64,000 nt of DNA from positions 1,592,329-1,656,328 of the forward strand of contig CAVXEB010000004.1 of NCBI GenBank assembly GCA_963760735.1, read 5' to 3'. Below are positions 26,329 through 35,927 of this stretch, in pieces; position 1 is the first letter of the stretch; every line of letters starts with the position of its first letter. A program made the position numbers and the translations under genes. Under the pieces are notes generated by a model. That model saw only the letters and a list, made by a program, of their open reading frames with translations, was not told where the DNA came from and did not search any database. Source of the DNA: an uncultured Chloroflexia bacterium (lineage in GTDB: Bacteria; Chloroflexota; Limnocylindria; Limnocylindrales; CSP1-4).

Positions 26329-26466
26329 ATCTCCGTTGGAGACGGGTTTCGGAGTGGCCTCGGGTTTCGGCTACTCCCCACCTTCGTGCTCGAGTTGCGG
26401 CGCGTTGAAGACCTGTTGACTGGGCGGCCAGGGCTCGCGATGAAGAGCAGCCTCTGACGGGCGATG

Positions 26467-27814
26467 TCAACGGGTTCCGCGAACGGCAAATCGGACGTTC
26501 AACGGGTTGATTCCGTAGGGGAGCGGCCGGTCCGAGGCCAGCTTCGGCCGAAGCAGCTCGAACTGCCGCTGTCGGAGCAGCTCCGCGAGGCTGGCAGTGC
26601 CGAGCAGGAGGGCGAGATTTCGGCCGGCACACTGCGCGCCGCCGCGCGAGAACACGTTCATCTGCCAGTCGGCGTCTGCCGAGCCGTCGAGCCAGAGGCC
26701 CGGTGCGAACCGGTTCGCATGCGGCAGGCCGACGCGCGCGATGGTGGGCGGCGACCGGGATGAGGACACTCGTGCCGATCGGCAGCGTCTCGCCGTACCA
26801 CTCCGTCTCGGCCGCCGTGACTCGCACGAGCATCGCTGCCGCGGGATACAGCCGGACGCTGTCGAGCAGGCAGGCGCGCACGAAGGGAAGGTCGGCGAGG
26901 CCGGCGACCGTGCCCGGCCCATGGGCCTTGTCCGCCTGGCGGACCTCGGCGAGGGCGCGCTCGTGCGCGACGGGATCGGTCGCGAGCAGCGCCAGCGCGT
27001 TGAAGACCGCGATGCGAACCGCGTCGAGCGCCATCAGCCAGAACGGAGCCTGGCCGTTCGGCCGAGTGTCCGCCTCCGTGGGCGCGGACGCGAAGAGACT
27101 GACGAGCGTTCCGGGCTCGGCGGCGGCTGCGTACCGCTGGATCCGTGCGTCCATGGACGCACGGAGCCGTGCGTTCCTGCGTCGATTCCAGAACTTGAGC
27201 CCCAGCCAGTCGGCGTCCGCGCGCAATCGGCTGTGCTCCTCGCTGAACTCCGTGTCATCCGCGGCGGCATCCCCGAAGGCGCAGCGCCGCGAGATCCTCC
27301 GAAAGGCCGCGAGCGACCGCTCGTAATCGAGGACCGCGGCGTCCGCCAGCATCGCCGCAATTTCCTCGTGGACGACCCGCAGGAATCGCTCCGCGAGGCG
27401 ATGGGGCTCGTGTCCGTAGTCAAGCACGGCCTCGTTGAACGGCCGGCGCTCGGCATGGAGATCCGGGGGCGAGCCGTTGAGCACGTCTGGTGCGAACTGA
27501 GCGAACAGCCGCCTCTTTTCGGGCGCGTTCATTGCGTAGACGAAGACAGGTGACTCCAGGACCCGGCGGACATCGCTCGCCGCCAGGACGAGGAGCGTCT
27601 GCCCGCCGACGCTTCGAAGCATCACGGGCCGGTCGGAGTAGCGCTCGGTCAGACGCTCCACCGTCGCCACGCCGCGCCCGTGGTCAAAGCGGATCGCCAG
27701 CTCGGTCCAGAACGGCAACGGGATCAGGGCCCCCCGGAGCGCGGTCGGCAGCTGGTACGTCAGCGTGAACCGGACGCTCTCGAGGAGCGACGCCCGCGGG
27801 AGCCCTGAGGTCAT
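26467..27814 (-). pseudogene. Cytochrome P450, frameshifted in a (CG)4 tract near 26733-26741
   Basis: The N-terminal 360 aa are read in one frame up to ...LIPVAAHH. The heme-binding FSRGGAQCAGRNLAL and the PxRW-like ANRFAPGLW are read in the +1 frame (ORF 26467-26922). The combined length of about 449 aa is normal for a P450. Confidence 0.6.
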
Positions 27815-27963
27815 CCTTACCCCCCCTGTGGAGCGGCCTCGCATCATCGTAGGACGCTGACGACTCGCTGGCGTTTCGGCGAGCGCGATACGGGTCAACC
27901 GTGCGGCCGGGGACAAGGCGGCCCACACTTGAAGGGTTCTGCCCGTTGCTGTGAGGCGACCGC

Positions 27964-28323
27964 ATGACCATGGCTGATCCGCCCATTGATCCGACCGTTC
28001 CTCCGAGCGGTCCGGGCTGCGTCGAGTGCCTCGCCACGCCGGACGGATGGTGGTTCCACCTCCGGCGGTGCGCGGCCTGCGGTCACGTCGGGTGCTGCGA
28101 CTCGTCACCGTCGCAGCATGCCCATCATCACGCCGACGATGCCGGCCACCCGATCGCGCAGAGCTACGAGCCCGGCGAGGACTGGTTCTGGGACTACGTC
28201 CGCGACGGCCAGGTGGAGGGGGTCCCGCCTCTTGCGCCGCCCCGCCATCATCCGCGCGATCAACCCGTGCCGGCGCCAGCCGATCGGGTCCCCGAAGACT
28301 GGGTGAGGCAGCTGCACAACTGA
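27964..28323 (+). CDS. UBP-type zinc-finger domain protein
   Basis: CVECLATPDGWWFHLRRCAACGHVGCCDSSPSQHAHHH shows the zf-UBP Cys/His pattern. Confidence 0.6.
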   Translation: MTMADPPIDPTVPPSGPGCVECLATPDGWWFHLRRCAACGHVGCCDSSPSQHAHHHADDAGHPIAQSYEPGEDWFWDYVRDGQVEGVPPLAPPRHHPRDQPVPAPADRVPEDWVRQLHN

Positions 28324-28348
28324 GCTCGGGGCGGCCACACTCGAGACG

Positions 28349-28837
28349 TTGATGACCGACAAGGCGCTGTTCCTCCTGCCCGCGCTCCGGCGAGCCCGCG
28401 ACCTCATCGATCGCGAGTACGCGGAGCCGCTCGACCTCGACGCGATGGCTCGCGAAGCCGGCTACTCGCGCTTCCACTTCGCCCGGGGGTTTGCCGCGGC
28501 GTACGGGGAGACACCACGGGCGTACCTCACTCGCCGGCGGATCGAGCGCGCGAAGACCCTGCTGCGAACCGCGAATCTCTCCGTGACCGAGATCTGCTTC
28601 CTCGTCGGCTTCTCGAGCCTCGGCTCGTTCAGCGCCCGCTTCCGGGAGCTCGTCGGACGGTCGCCGAGTGAATACCGCGACGACGCGGTGGCACGGACCG
28701 GCGTCCCGCCGATCCCCGGGTGCGTGGTGATGATGTGGACGCGGCCGCACCCCGACGGTCAGCAATCCGGGAGAAGCGCAGCGGCCCCCGGCGCGGCTAC
28801 GGTGGCCCGGGAACCACAGCCGAAGGAGCACCGATGA
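28349..28837 (+). CDS. AraC-family HTH transcriptional regulator
   Basis: The AraC signature is YSRFHFARGFAAAYGETPRAYLTRRRIERAKTLLRTANLSVTEICFLVGFSSLGSFSARFRELVGRSPSEYR. Confidence 0.8.
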   Translation: MMTDKALFLLPALRRARDLIDREYAEPLDLDAMAREAGYSRFHFARGFAAAYGETPRAYLTRRRIERAKTLLRTANLSVTEICFLVGFSSLGSFSARFRELVGRSPSEYRDDAVARTGVPPIPGCVVMMWTRPHPDGQQSGRSAAAPGAATVAREPQPKEHR

Positions 28838-29247
28838 TCAGCCGCCTCAATCACGTGAACGTGTTCGTGCTCGATCAGGACCGGGCCAAGACGTTCTACA
28901 CCGAGACCCTCGGGTTCGAGCTTCGGAACGACGCCGTCCTCGACGGCTTCCGCTGGCTCACGGTCGGGCCGAAGGACCAGAAGGATCTCAACATCCTCCT
29001 CGCCTATCCCGCCCCGCCGATGTTCAGCCCCGAGGACGCGGAGGCGGTCCGAGCGCTCGTCGCGAAGGGCTCGCTCGGCGGCGGCGTGTTCGAGACGGCC
29101 GACTGCCAGAAGGCATTCGAGGAGCTGTCGGCGAAAGGCGTCACCTTTCTTCAGGAGCCCGCCGAGCGGCCGTACGGGATCGAAGCGCTGTTCCGGGACG
29201 ACTCCGGCAACTGGTTCAGCCTCACCCAGCCGAAGTGGCTCGGCTAG
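28834..29247 (+). CDS. Glyoxalase/bleomycin-resistance (VOC) family protein
   Basis: MISRLNHVNVFVLDQDRAKTFYTETLGFEL ... ; GAAGGAG RBS; ATGA overlap with the araC stop. Confidence 0.85.
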   Translation: MISRLNHVNVFVLDQDRAKTFYTETLGFELRNDAVLDGFRWLTVGPKDQKDLNILLAYPAPPMFSPEDAEAVRALVAKGSLGGGVFETADCQKAFEELSAKGVTFLQEPAERPYGIEALFRDDSGNWFSLTQPKWLG

Positions 29248-29290
29248 CGGGCGTTCCGGCTGAGGGCGGCGCGAATACAGCCGATCGATC

Positions 29291-29674
29291 TCAGGCGCTC
29301 GCCGGATAACCCCGGAGCGTGGGGAGGAAGTCGAACCATGGGGCCGCGACAGGTTCGAGGGTCGGGCCGGGTGTGAGCACCAGTGGACGGCTTGGTGTCC
29401 GGCGTGCGACGACCGTCACGCTGTCCGCGACGGGCGCGTCCGCGTCAGCGACGTCGGATGCGCCCCACATCGGACAGTCGAGATCGTGGCCTGGCGCCGT
29501 TGGCTTCCAGCAGCGACATCGGAGCGGCTGGCTGGGCGGAACGAACTTCAAGAGCGTCATGACCGCAAGGATGCGAAGCAGCCGTCCCGCACGCCATCGA
29601 CCGACGGCGATCCTGCGTACCGTCATCTGACCATGACGTCCGGCGAGGAGGGCGGACGTCGGCCGCAACGGCAC
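29291..29674 (-). CDS. Small hypothetical (possibly secreted) protein
   Basis: ORF with a hydrophobic N-terminal stretch (LLRILAVMTLLKFV); no homology recognised. Confidence 0.25.
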   Translation of the reverse strand: MPLRPTSALLAGRHGQMTVRRIAVGRWRAGRLLRILAVMTLLKFVPPSQPLRCRCWKPTAPGHDLDCPMWGASDVADADAPVADSVTVVARRTPSRPLVLTPGPTLEPVAAPWFDFLPTLRGYPASA

Positions 29675-29725
29675 CGCCGCGCCACGATGTCCCGGCCAGG
29701 CCGTTCGGCCCCAGTCGTTGCGTCT

Positions 29726-29747
29726 TTGGTTCGGTTTTGGTTCAATC
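29726..29747 (+). promoter_or_regulatory. GGTTCA direct-repeat motif site 1 (TTGGTTCGGTTTTGGTTCAATC)
   Basis: It lies about 35 nt upstream of the Gfo/Idh/MocA ATG at 29779. See the motif finding for the full set. Confidence 0.55.
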
Positions 29748-29778
29748 TGATCGCAGGGGATCGCGACGGGAAGGGGCG

Positions 29779-30909
29779 ATGGAGCATTCAGATGGCGGCC
29801 GCGTGCCGCTCCGGGTCGGCGTCATCGGCTGTGGCCTGGTCGCCCAGGTCATGCACCTGCCCTACCTGCGCGAGCTGTCCGATCGGTTCTCGCTCGAGGC
29901 GATCTGCGACCTCTCGCCGGCCGTCCTGTCGGCCGTCGGGGAGCGGTTCGCCGTTCCGACCCGGGTCGTCCACTGGCAGGACCTGCTCGAGACGCCGCTC
30001 GACGCCGTGGTGATCGCCACCCCGGGATCGCACGCCCAGCAGGCGGTCGCGGCCGCCCGGGCCGGGCTCCACATCTTCGTCGAGAAGCCGATGTGCTTCT
30101 CGCCCGTCGAGGGGCGGGCGATGATCGAGGCGGCGCGAACTGCCGGCGTCACGTTGATGGTCGGCAACATGAAGCGCTTCGATCCGGCCGTCGGCCGCCT
30201 CGCGGAGGAGCTCGCGACGACCGGCGCCCTGCGCCTCGTCCAGGTCACCACCCTCGAGGCGCCGTTCCGGCCCTACGTCCAGCAGTATCCGCTCGCCCTC
30301 CCGGCAGATGACGTCGACGCCGACGGGCTCGCGGCCGCCGTGAGCGCGTCGGACACGGCGCTCGCCGAGGCGCTCCCGGACAGCGACACCGCGACGAGAG
30401 CGGTCTACCAGGCGGTGTTGCTCGACACGCTCATCCACGAGCTGAACCTGCTCCGACTGTTCCTCGGGACGCCGACCGGGGTTCGGCACGCGCGGGTGAC
30501 GAGGGAAGCCGCGACGATCGAGCTCGAGTTCGGCAACGTCACGGCCGTCCTCACCTGGGTCGACCTGCCGGGGATCGCCCGCTATCAGCAGGAGCTCGTC
30601 TTCTACGCGCCGGATCGCCGGCTCCGGCTGAGCTTCCCCTCGCCGTTCCTGCGGAACGCCCCGACCGAGCTGGTCGTCGAGGGCGGCGTTGTCGGCGGCC
30701 CGCGCTCCTGGGCAACCCACGAGGTGGTCGCGTACGAGGAGGCGTTCAAGCTGGAGCTGATCGAGTTCGCCGCCGCGATCTCCGACCGGCGCGAGCCGCG
30801 GACGACCAGCGAGGACGGTCTTGCCGACGTCGAGCTGTGCGTCGCGATCATGGAGTCGATGCGAACGGGCAGTCCGGTGCGTGGCCTCGCGTCGGCGGCT
30901 GCGCGATGA
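29779..30909 (+). CDS. Gfo/Idh/MocA-family NAD(P)-dependent oxidoreductase
   Basis: N-terminal Rossmann (LRVGVIGCGLVAQVMHLPYL) plus family-typical EKPM motif. Confidence 0.85.
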   Translation: MEHSDGGRVPLRVGVIGCGLVAQVMHLPYLRELSDRFSLEAICDLSPAVLSAVGERFAVPTRVVHWQDLLETPLDAVVIATPGSHAQQAVAAARAGLHIFVEKPMCFSPVEGRAMIEAARTAGVTLMVGNMKRFDPAVGRLAEELATTGALRLVQVTTLEAPFRPYVQQYPLALPADDVDADGLAAAVSASDTALAEALPDSDTATRAVYQAVLLDTLIHELNLLRLFLGTPTGVRHARVTREAATIELEFGNVTAVLTWVDLPGIARYQQELVFYAPDRRLRLSFPSPFLRNAPTELVVEGGVVGGPRSWATHEVVAYEEAFKLELIEFAAAISDRREPRTTSEDGLADVELCVAIMESMRTGSPVRGLASAAAR

Positions 30910-31820
30910 CCGTCCGGATCGCCAACGCTCCGGTGACCTACGGCGCCTTCGAGCGCACCGTGGGCCAGCCGGGCGTGCCGACCGCCGACGCCGTCCTCGA
31001 CGCGGTCGCCGACGCCGGCTACGAGGGCATCGACCTCGGTCCGGTCGGCTTCCTCGGCCTCGGCGACGGGCTCCGGGATGCGCTCGCCGACCGTGGCCTG
31101 GCGCTCGCCGGCGGCTACGTCGAGCTGCCGTTCAGCGACCCTGCCCGCCTTCCGGAGGCATGGCGCGAGCTCGACGCGGTGCTCGACGCGTTCGATGCCG
31201 CCGCGTCCATCCAGGGGCCACATCCGCCTCGGCCGACGCTCGCCCACGCGCCGACCCCGGAACGCGCGGCGCATCCCGGCCAGGCAGGCAGCAATCCGTC
31301 GCTGGCAATGAAGCCGGCCGCCTGGTCCGCGTTCGTCGACGGCATCGGCGAGGCGATGGATCGGTGCCGTGCGCGGGGCTACGAGCCGACGTTCCACCCG
31401 GAGCTCGGCACGGATGTCGAGGCCCCGGCCGAGATCGAGGCGCTGCTCGCAGCGACCGAGATCGGGCTCTGCCTCGACACCGGCCACTTCCTCGCCGCCG
31501 GCGGCGACCCGGTCGCCGCCATCGCCGGCTGGGCCCCTCGGATCAAGCAGGTCCATGTCAAGGACGCCCGTCTGGATCGCATCGCCGAGGTCGTCCGGCT
31601 CGACGAGGACGCGGACGCCATCTGGGGTCGAGGCGTGTTCTGCGCGCTGGGCGAGGGAGACCTCGACGTCCCGGGCGTGCTCGAGGCGCTCAAACGTGCC
31701 GGGTACGAGGGCTGGATCGTCGTCGAGCAGGACTCCCTGCCCGGTGATGCGGCCACGTTCGCTGCCGCGGCGCGGGCGCAGCAGGAGAACCGGCGGATCC
31801 TGGCGCGAAGCGGCTACTGA
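30906..31820 (+). CDS. Sugar phosphate isomerase/epimerase (xylose-isomerase-like TIM barrel)
   Basis: ATGA overlap with the upstream gene. The pattern (YEGIDLGP ... GYEPTFHPELGT ... GLCLDTGHF ... VHVKDAR ... GYEGWIVVEQD) fits the AP endonuclease 2 / xylose isomerase-like fold. Confidence 0.8.
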   Translation: MTVRIANAPVTYGAFERTVGQPGVPTADAVLDAVADAGYEGIDLGPVGFLGLGDGLRDALADRGLALAGGYVELPFSDPARLPEAWRELDAVLDAFDAAASIQGPHPPRPTLAHAPTPERAAHPGQAGSNPSLAMKPAAWSAFVDGIGEAMDRCRARGYEPTFHPELGTDVEAPAEIEALLAATEIGLCLDTGHFLAAGGDPVAAIAGWAPRIKQVHVKDARLDRIAEVVRLDEDADAIWGRGVFCALGEGDLDVPGVLEALKRAGYEGWIVVEQDSLPGDAATFAAAARAQQENRRILARSGY

Positions 31821-33235
31821 GCCGGCCGGCCTCCGACCCAGACGGGGTTCGTGAGCGTGAGCAGGTCGCCGTTCGACGCCGTTCCCGTTCGCAGCTCGAG
31901 CCGCCACCACGTCGACGCAACGAGTCCGGGCCGGACGAGACGGGTGGTCCCGGGCTGGCAGGCCTCGAGGGCGATCCTCGAACCGGACGTGACGAACCAG
32001 AGCGTCGCCGGTGCCTCCAGCCCGTCGACGGTTGCCTCCAGATCCACGGGGCCGTCGCCGGGGAGCTCCGAGCCCGGCAGCCCGACCTCGGCTCCATCGG
32101 GGCCACTGGCGCGGAACGACACGATCGGTCCGGACGACAGGAACACGTGCCCGCGCCGGATCCCGTCGAGGATCGCGGCCTCGCTGCGGTCGTCGGCGTG
32201 GACGTGGTTCATCGGCAGGGCCACGTACTCGTCCTCCTCCGCCGAGTGACTGTCCGTCCCCGAGACGGCAGTCGGCCGGAAGCCCGCGTCGAGCAGGTCG
32301 GTCCAGAGGGCGAGCGCGCTGTCGTTGGCGGTTTCGGGGATCGCCCAGCGGCCGTTCCAGACCTCGATCGCATCGATCGTCGAGTAGTCCACGAGCGCGA
32401 AGTCCCAGTGGCAGCCGACGCACCACGGGTCGCCGAATGCGCTCGGGTGATTGATCGAGATCAGGGCGTCCTGACGGTGGGCCTGCTCCGCGATCGTGGC
32501 CGCGCCGCTGCCGCGACCTGCGTTCCGCCAGTCGATCGCCTGGTGGAGCCCGAAGCAGTTCATGTGGCCGTGGAAGGTCGTGACCTCGCTTGCCCGGATC
32601 GGGGTGATCACGTCCGGCCAGCGATCGACCTCGCGATGGTGGCTGATCGTGTTGTGGTCGGTGATCGCCAGGAAGTCGAGGCCGCGCTCGACGGCGCCAC
32701 GGACCCGGTCCTCGACCGTGATCTCGCCGTCGCTGTGCACGGTGTGCGAGTGGAGATCGCCGCGGTACCAGCGAGGACCATCGGCCTCGGACGGACGGCG
32801 GGCCGTGGCTGCCGGAACGACCTCCGCCGGCCGTGGCTCCGTCGTTGCATCGGCGACCGTGGCGGATGCCGCGAGGTGGTACTCGAGATAGCCGGTCTCG
32901 CCGCCATCGTTGAGGATGGACGCGGTCGAGACCACGAGGGCCCAGGTCCCGGGCGGCAGCGGCCCGGCGAGGAGTCCGAGCGTGGCGGCCGATTCCCCGA
33001 CGACGTTCTCGCGGTCCCGCGATGCGACGCCGCGAAATCCGGCGGGATCGAAGAGCGTCACCGACAGCCCGTTCGCCTCGTGCTCGGACCCCATGTCGGC
33101 GGGCTCCCAGCTGAACCGGATGCGAAGCTCGGACGTGCGCTCCGGGACCTCGATCTCGAAGCGAATGTGCTGGTGACGGTCCCGATGGGTCCACCGACCG
33201 CTCGTGTCGAGCAGCGGCAGGACCGCCTGGTCCAT
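31814..33235 (-). CDS. PHP-domain metal-dependent phosphoesterase (CehA/McbA-like) with N-terminal beta domain
   Basis: WYRGDLHSHTVHSDG ... LAITDHNTI matches PHP-domain motifs. The ATG at 33235 overlaps the GH4 stop by 1 nt. Confidence 0.7.
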   Translation of the reverse strand: MDQAVLPLLDTSGRWTHRDRHQHIRFEIEVPERTSELRIRFSWEPADMGSEHEANGLSVTLFDPAGFRGVASRDRENVVGESAATLGLLAGPLPPGTWALVVSTASILNDGGETGYLEYHLAASATVADATTEPRPAEVVPAATARRPSEADGPRWYRGDLHSHTVHSDGEITVEDRVRGAVERGLDFLAITDHNTISHHREVDRWPDVITPIRASEVTTFHGHMNCFGLHQAIDWRNAGRGSGAATIAEQAHRQDALISINHPSAFGDPWCVGCHWDFALVDYSTIDAIEVWNGRWAIPETANDSALALWTDLLDAGFRPTAVSGTDSHSAEEDEYVALPMNHVHADDRSEAAILDGIRRGHVFLSSGPIVSFRASGPDGAEVGLPGSELPGDGPVDLEATVDGLEAPATLWFVTSGSRIALEACQPGTTRLVRPGLVASTWWRLELRTGTASNGDLLTLTNPVWVGGRPAQ

Positions 33236-34581
33236 CAAGCCGCGCCGAACTGTTCCACCAGCGCCGGCTGGCCCGCGAGGTAGCCGTCGAGGATCCGCTC
33301 GGCGACGTTGACCGATGGGACCAGGGGATGGAGCGCGAGCGCCTTGATGGCCATGGCTCGTGAGCCGGAGAGTGCCGCCTCGATCGCCGCCCGCTCGGCC
33401 GCGCGAACCGAGAGGATCAGGCCCTGTGCCTGCAGGGGAACACTCCCGATCGCCGCTGGAACGACCCCGCCCGGGCCGATGATGCACGGCACCTCGACGA
33501 TCGCCTCCTCGTCGAGGAACGGCAGGCTCGAGCGATTGGGAACGTCAAGGATCATGACCCGGTAGCCGTCGCCGTGGAGCCCGTCCACGAGGTTCAGGGC
33601 CAGCGTCCCGTAGTCGCCCGGTCCACGCGCCGCCACGATCCCGGCCATCTCGTCCTCCCGGCCGGTCCACGCCTCCTCCATGTAGTGCGACTCGCGCTCG
33701 GCGTGGGTGCGACGCCAGTCGCGCAGCGCCTCGGCCGGTGAGCCGTGACCCGCGTAGAAGGCGGCCTGCTGACGTTCGAGGAAGGCGGAGCGAACCGTCC
33801 CGGCGTTCATCGCCTCGAGCGCCTCGGCGTTGAAGTCGTAGTAGTAGAGGTACTCGTTCGGGATCATCCCCACCGAGCGGAGCCAGTCCGCACCGAACAG
33901 GCGCCCCTCTTCGAAGGTCTCGAGCCGTTCGCGGTCCGCCAACAGGCCCGGCAGGACGTCCCGCCCGCCGTCGAGGACACCACGCAGCCAGCCCAGGTGG
34001 TTGATCCCGAAATAGTCGAACCACAGCTCCTCGGGCGGCCGGTCGAGGGCACCCGCGACCCGCTTGCAGAGGTCCAGCGGGGCGTCGCAGATGCCGATCA
34101 CCCGGTCGCCCAGGACCCGCCGAGCGGCTTCCGTCACCAGGCCCACCGGGTTCGTGAAGTTCACGAAGGTCGCGTTGGGCGCTCGGCGAGCCACCACCTC
34201 GGCGATCGAGGTGACGACCGGGACGGTCCGAAGGGCGAAGGTGATCCCGCCGGGTCCCGTCGTCTCCTGCCCGATCACGCCCTGGGCGATGGCTGCCGTC
34301 TCGTCGAGAATACGGCCCGCCATGCCGCCGGCCCGAACCGCGCAGTAGACGATGTCGGCACCATCCACCGCCTCGTCGAGGTTGGTCGTCATCGTCACCG
34401 GCGCGGTCGCTCCGAGCTCCTCGGAGATGCCGTCGAGGACGCAGCCGATCCGGTCCAGGCGGCCCTGGTCGATGTCGTAGAAGGCGACCTCGTCGTAGCG
34501 GGTCGCGACCTCGCCGGCGGCGAGGGCTCGGTAGATCACCGGCGTCCGGAAGCCGCCGGCACCGATCAGCGTCAACTTCAT
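33235..34581 (-). CDS. Glycoside hydrolase family 4 (NAD+/Mn2+-dependent 6-phospho-glucosidase / alpha-glucosidase-like)
   Basis: MKLTLIGAGGFRTPVIY ... DIVYCAVRAGG ... FVNFTNPVGLVTEA ... IGICDAPLDL fits the GH4 Rossmann and active-site pattern. Confidence 0.85.
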   Translation of the reverse strand: MKLTLIGAGGFRTPVIYRALAAGEVATRYDEVAFYDIDQGRLDRIGCVLDGISEELGATAPVTMTTNLDEAVDGADIVYCAVRAGGMAGRILDETAAIAQGVIGQETTGPGGITFALRTVPVVTSIAEVVARRAPNATFVNFTNPVGLVTEAARRVLGDRVIGICDAPLDLCKRVAGALDRPPEELWFDYFGINHLGWLRGVLDGGRDVLPGLLADRERLETFEEGRLFGADWLRSVGMIPNEYLYYYDFNAEALEAMNAGTVRSAFLERQQAAFYAGHGSPAEALRDWRRTHAERESHYMEEAWTGREDEMAGIVAARGPGDYGTLALNLVDGLHGDGYRVMILDVPNRSSLPFLDEEAIVEVPCIIGPGGVVPAAIGSVPLQAQGLILSVRAAERAAIEAALSGSRAMAIKALALHPLVPSVNVAERILDGYLAGQPALVEQFGAA

Positions 34582-34587
34582 GCCGGC

Positions 34588-34608
34588 GATTGAACCAAAT
34601 TTGAACCG
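34588..34608 (-). promoter_or_regulatory. GGTTCA direct-repeat motif site 2 (CGGTTCAAATTTGGTTCAATC on the minus strand), ending 6 nt before the GH4 ATG
   Basis: Read directly from the sequence. Confidence 0.55.
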
Positions 34609-34637
34609 TAATATCAAGCCGTTCGTACCGGCTCGCG

Positions 34638-35927
34638 CTAGAAGCGGATGTCTGCGTCCCGGAGCAGGTCGGCGATCGTCACGGTCTGGCCGCGCTCCAT
34701 GGACGCGTTGGACGCGATGCCGGTCAGGATCGACCATGCGCCGTCGACGTGGCTGGATCGGCGGAGATACGGGTCGTGGCTCGCCGCCGGGTTCAGCAGC
34801 TGGTCGAGCATGACGGGGTCGCCGCCGCCGTGATCTCCTTCGCCTGACCAGACGTCCACCCGCTGCGGCTCCTCGCCGTGGCGGTGAAGAACCGTTGTCG
34901 TCGCGCTGTCGTCGGCGTGATGCCTCGTCCCGCCGAAGATGCCGTGCACGCCGACGTGCCGGTGCGTCAGCTCGCCAGCGGTGCCGGAGAACACGATCTC
35001 GTATCCCTCCCACGGGCTGTAGGCACACAGGGTGTAGTTCATCGAGACGCCGTTTGCGTAGCCGACCTGGACCTGCATCGTGTCCTCGATGCTGATCTCA
35101 CTCGAGAAGATGCAGCGGTCGCGGACGTAGCCGTCCGCGTCTTCCGTCTCGAGATACAGAGGGCTCAGATCCGGGTCGCCTTCGAGGTCGAGGCGATACG
35201 GGCACGGAACGCTCGCCGGGCAGGTGTGACAGCGCTCACCCCGTCCGCTCAGCCCGAGGGATTCGGCCGTGCTCGGGGTGTAGAAGCGACGAGCGCCCAG
35301 CGCCGAGATCGTCTCGGGGTGGGACCCGACCCACCAGTTGACCAGGTCGAAATGATGGGTCGCCTTGTGGACGAGCAGCCCGCCCGACTGATCCTTCCGG
35401 CGATGCCATCGGCGGAAGTAGTCGGCCCCGTGGACCCGGTCGAGGGACCACCGGAAATCCACGGCGGTGATCTCGCCGATGCCGCCGGACACCAGGATGT
35501 CCTTCAGCTGGGTGTGAGCCGGGTTGTAGCGATAGTTGAAGGTCACCGTGATCGAACGGCCGGTTTCCCGCTGCGCGTCGACGATCCTCTTCAACCTGGC
35601 GAGATCGATCGTCATCGGCTTTTCGGTGATGACGTCACAGCCGGCCCGCAGCGCCCGGACGATGTAGGCGTCGTGCAGGTAGTCCGGCGTAGTCACGATG
35701 ATCGTGTCGGGTCGCTGCTCGGCGATCATCCGATCGAACTCGTCGGCCGGGTAGAGGCCGATGACATCCGCACCCCCACCGGGAACCCGGGAGGCAGCCA
35801 GCGCCAGACGCAGCGGGTTGCTGTCGCACAGTGCGACGAGCTCGTTGCCGGCGTCGATCGGGTGGTCGACCAGCGCCTCGCGATACATGGCGTGCCGCGA
35901 TCCCGTCCCGACGATGGCGTACCTCAC
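34638..35927 (-). CDS. Gfo/Idh/MocA-family oxidoreductase
   Basis: MRYAIVGTGSRHAMY ... DTIIVTTPDYLHDAYIVRALRAGCDVITEKPM. Confidence 0.85.
   Translation of the reverse strand: MRYAIVGTGSRHAMYREALVDHPIDAGNELVALCDSNPLRLALAASRVPGGGADVIGLYPADEFDRMIAEQRPDTIIVTTPDYLHDAYIVRALRAGCDVITEKPMTIDLARLKRIVDAQRETGRSITVTFNYRYNPAHTQLKDILVSGGIGEITAVDFRWSLDRVHGADYFRRWHRRKDQSGGLLVHKATHHFDLVNWWVGSHPETISALGARRFYTPSTAESLGLSGRGERCHTCPASVPCPYRLDLEGDPDLSPLYLETEDADGYVRDRCIFSSEISIEDTMQVQVGYANGVSMNYTLCAYSPWEGYEIVFSGTAGELTHRHVGVHGIFGGTRHHADDSATTTVLHRHGEEPQRVDVWSGEGDHGGGDPVMLDQLLNPAASHDPYLRRSSHVDGAWSILTGIASNASMERGQTVTIADLLRDADIRF

Noticed and set aside
25793-28831. 1012-aa ORF on the minus strand
   Set aside because: Only the segment 26770-27814 is real; it is the N-terminal part of the frameshifted P450. 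The upstream 330 codons overlap the AraC and zf-UBP genes on the other strand and are R/P-rich noise.
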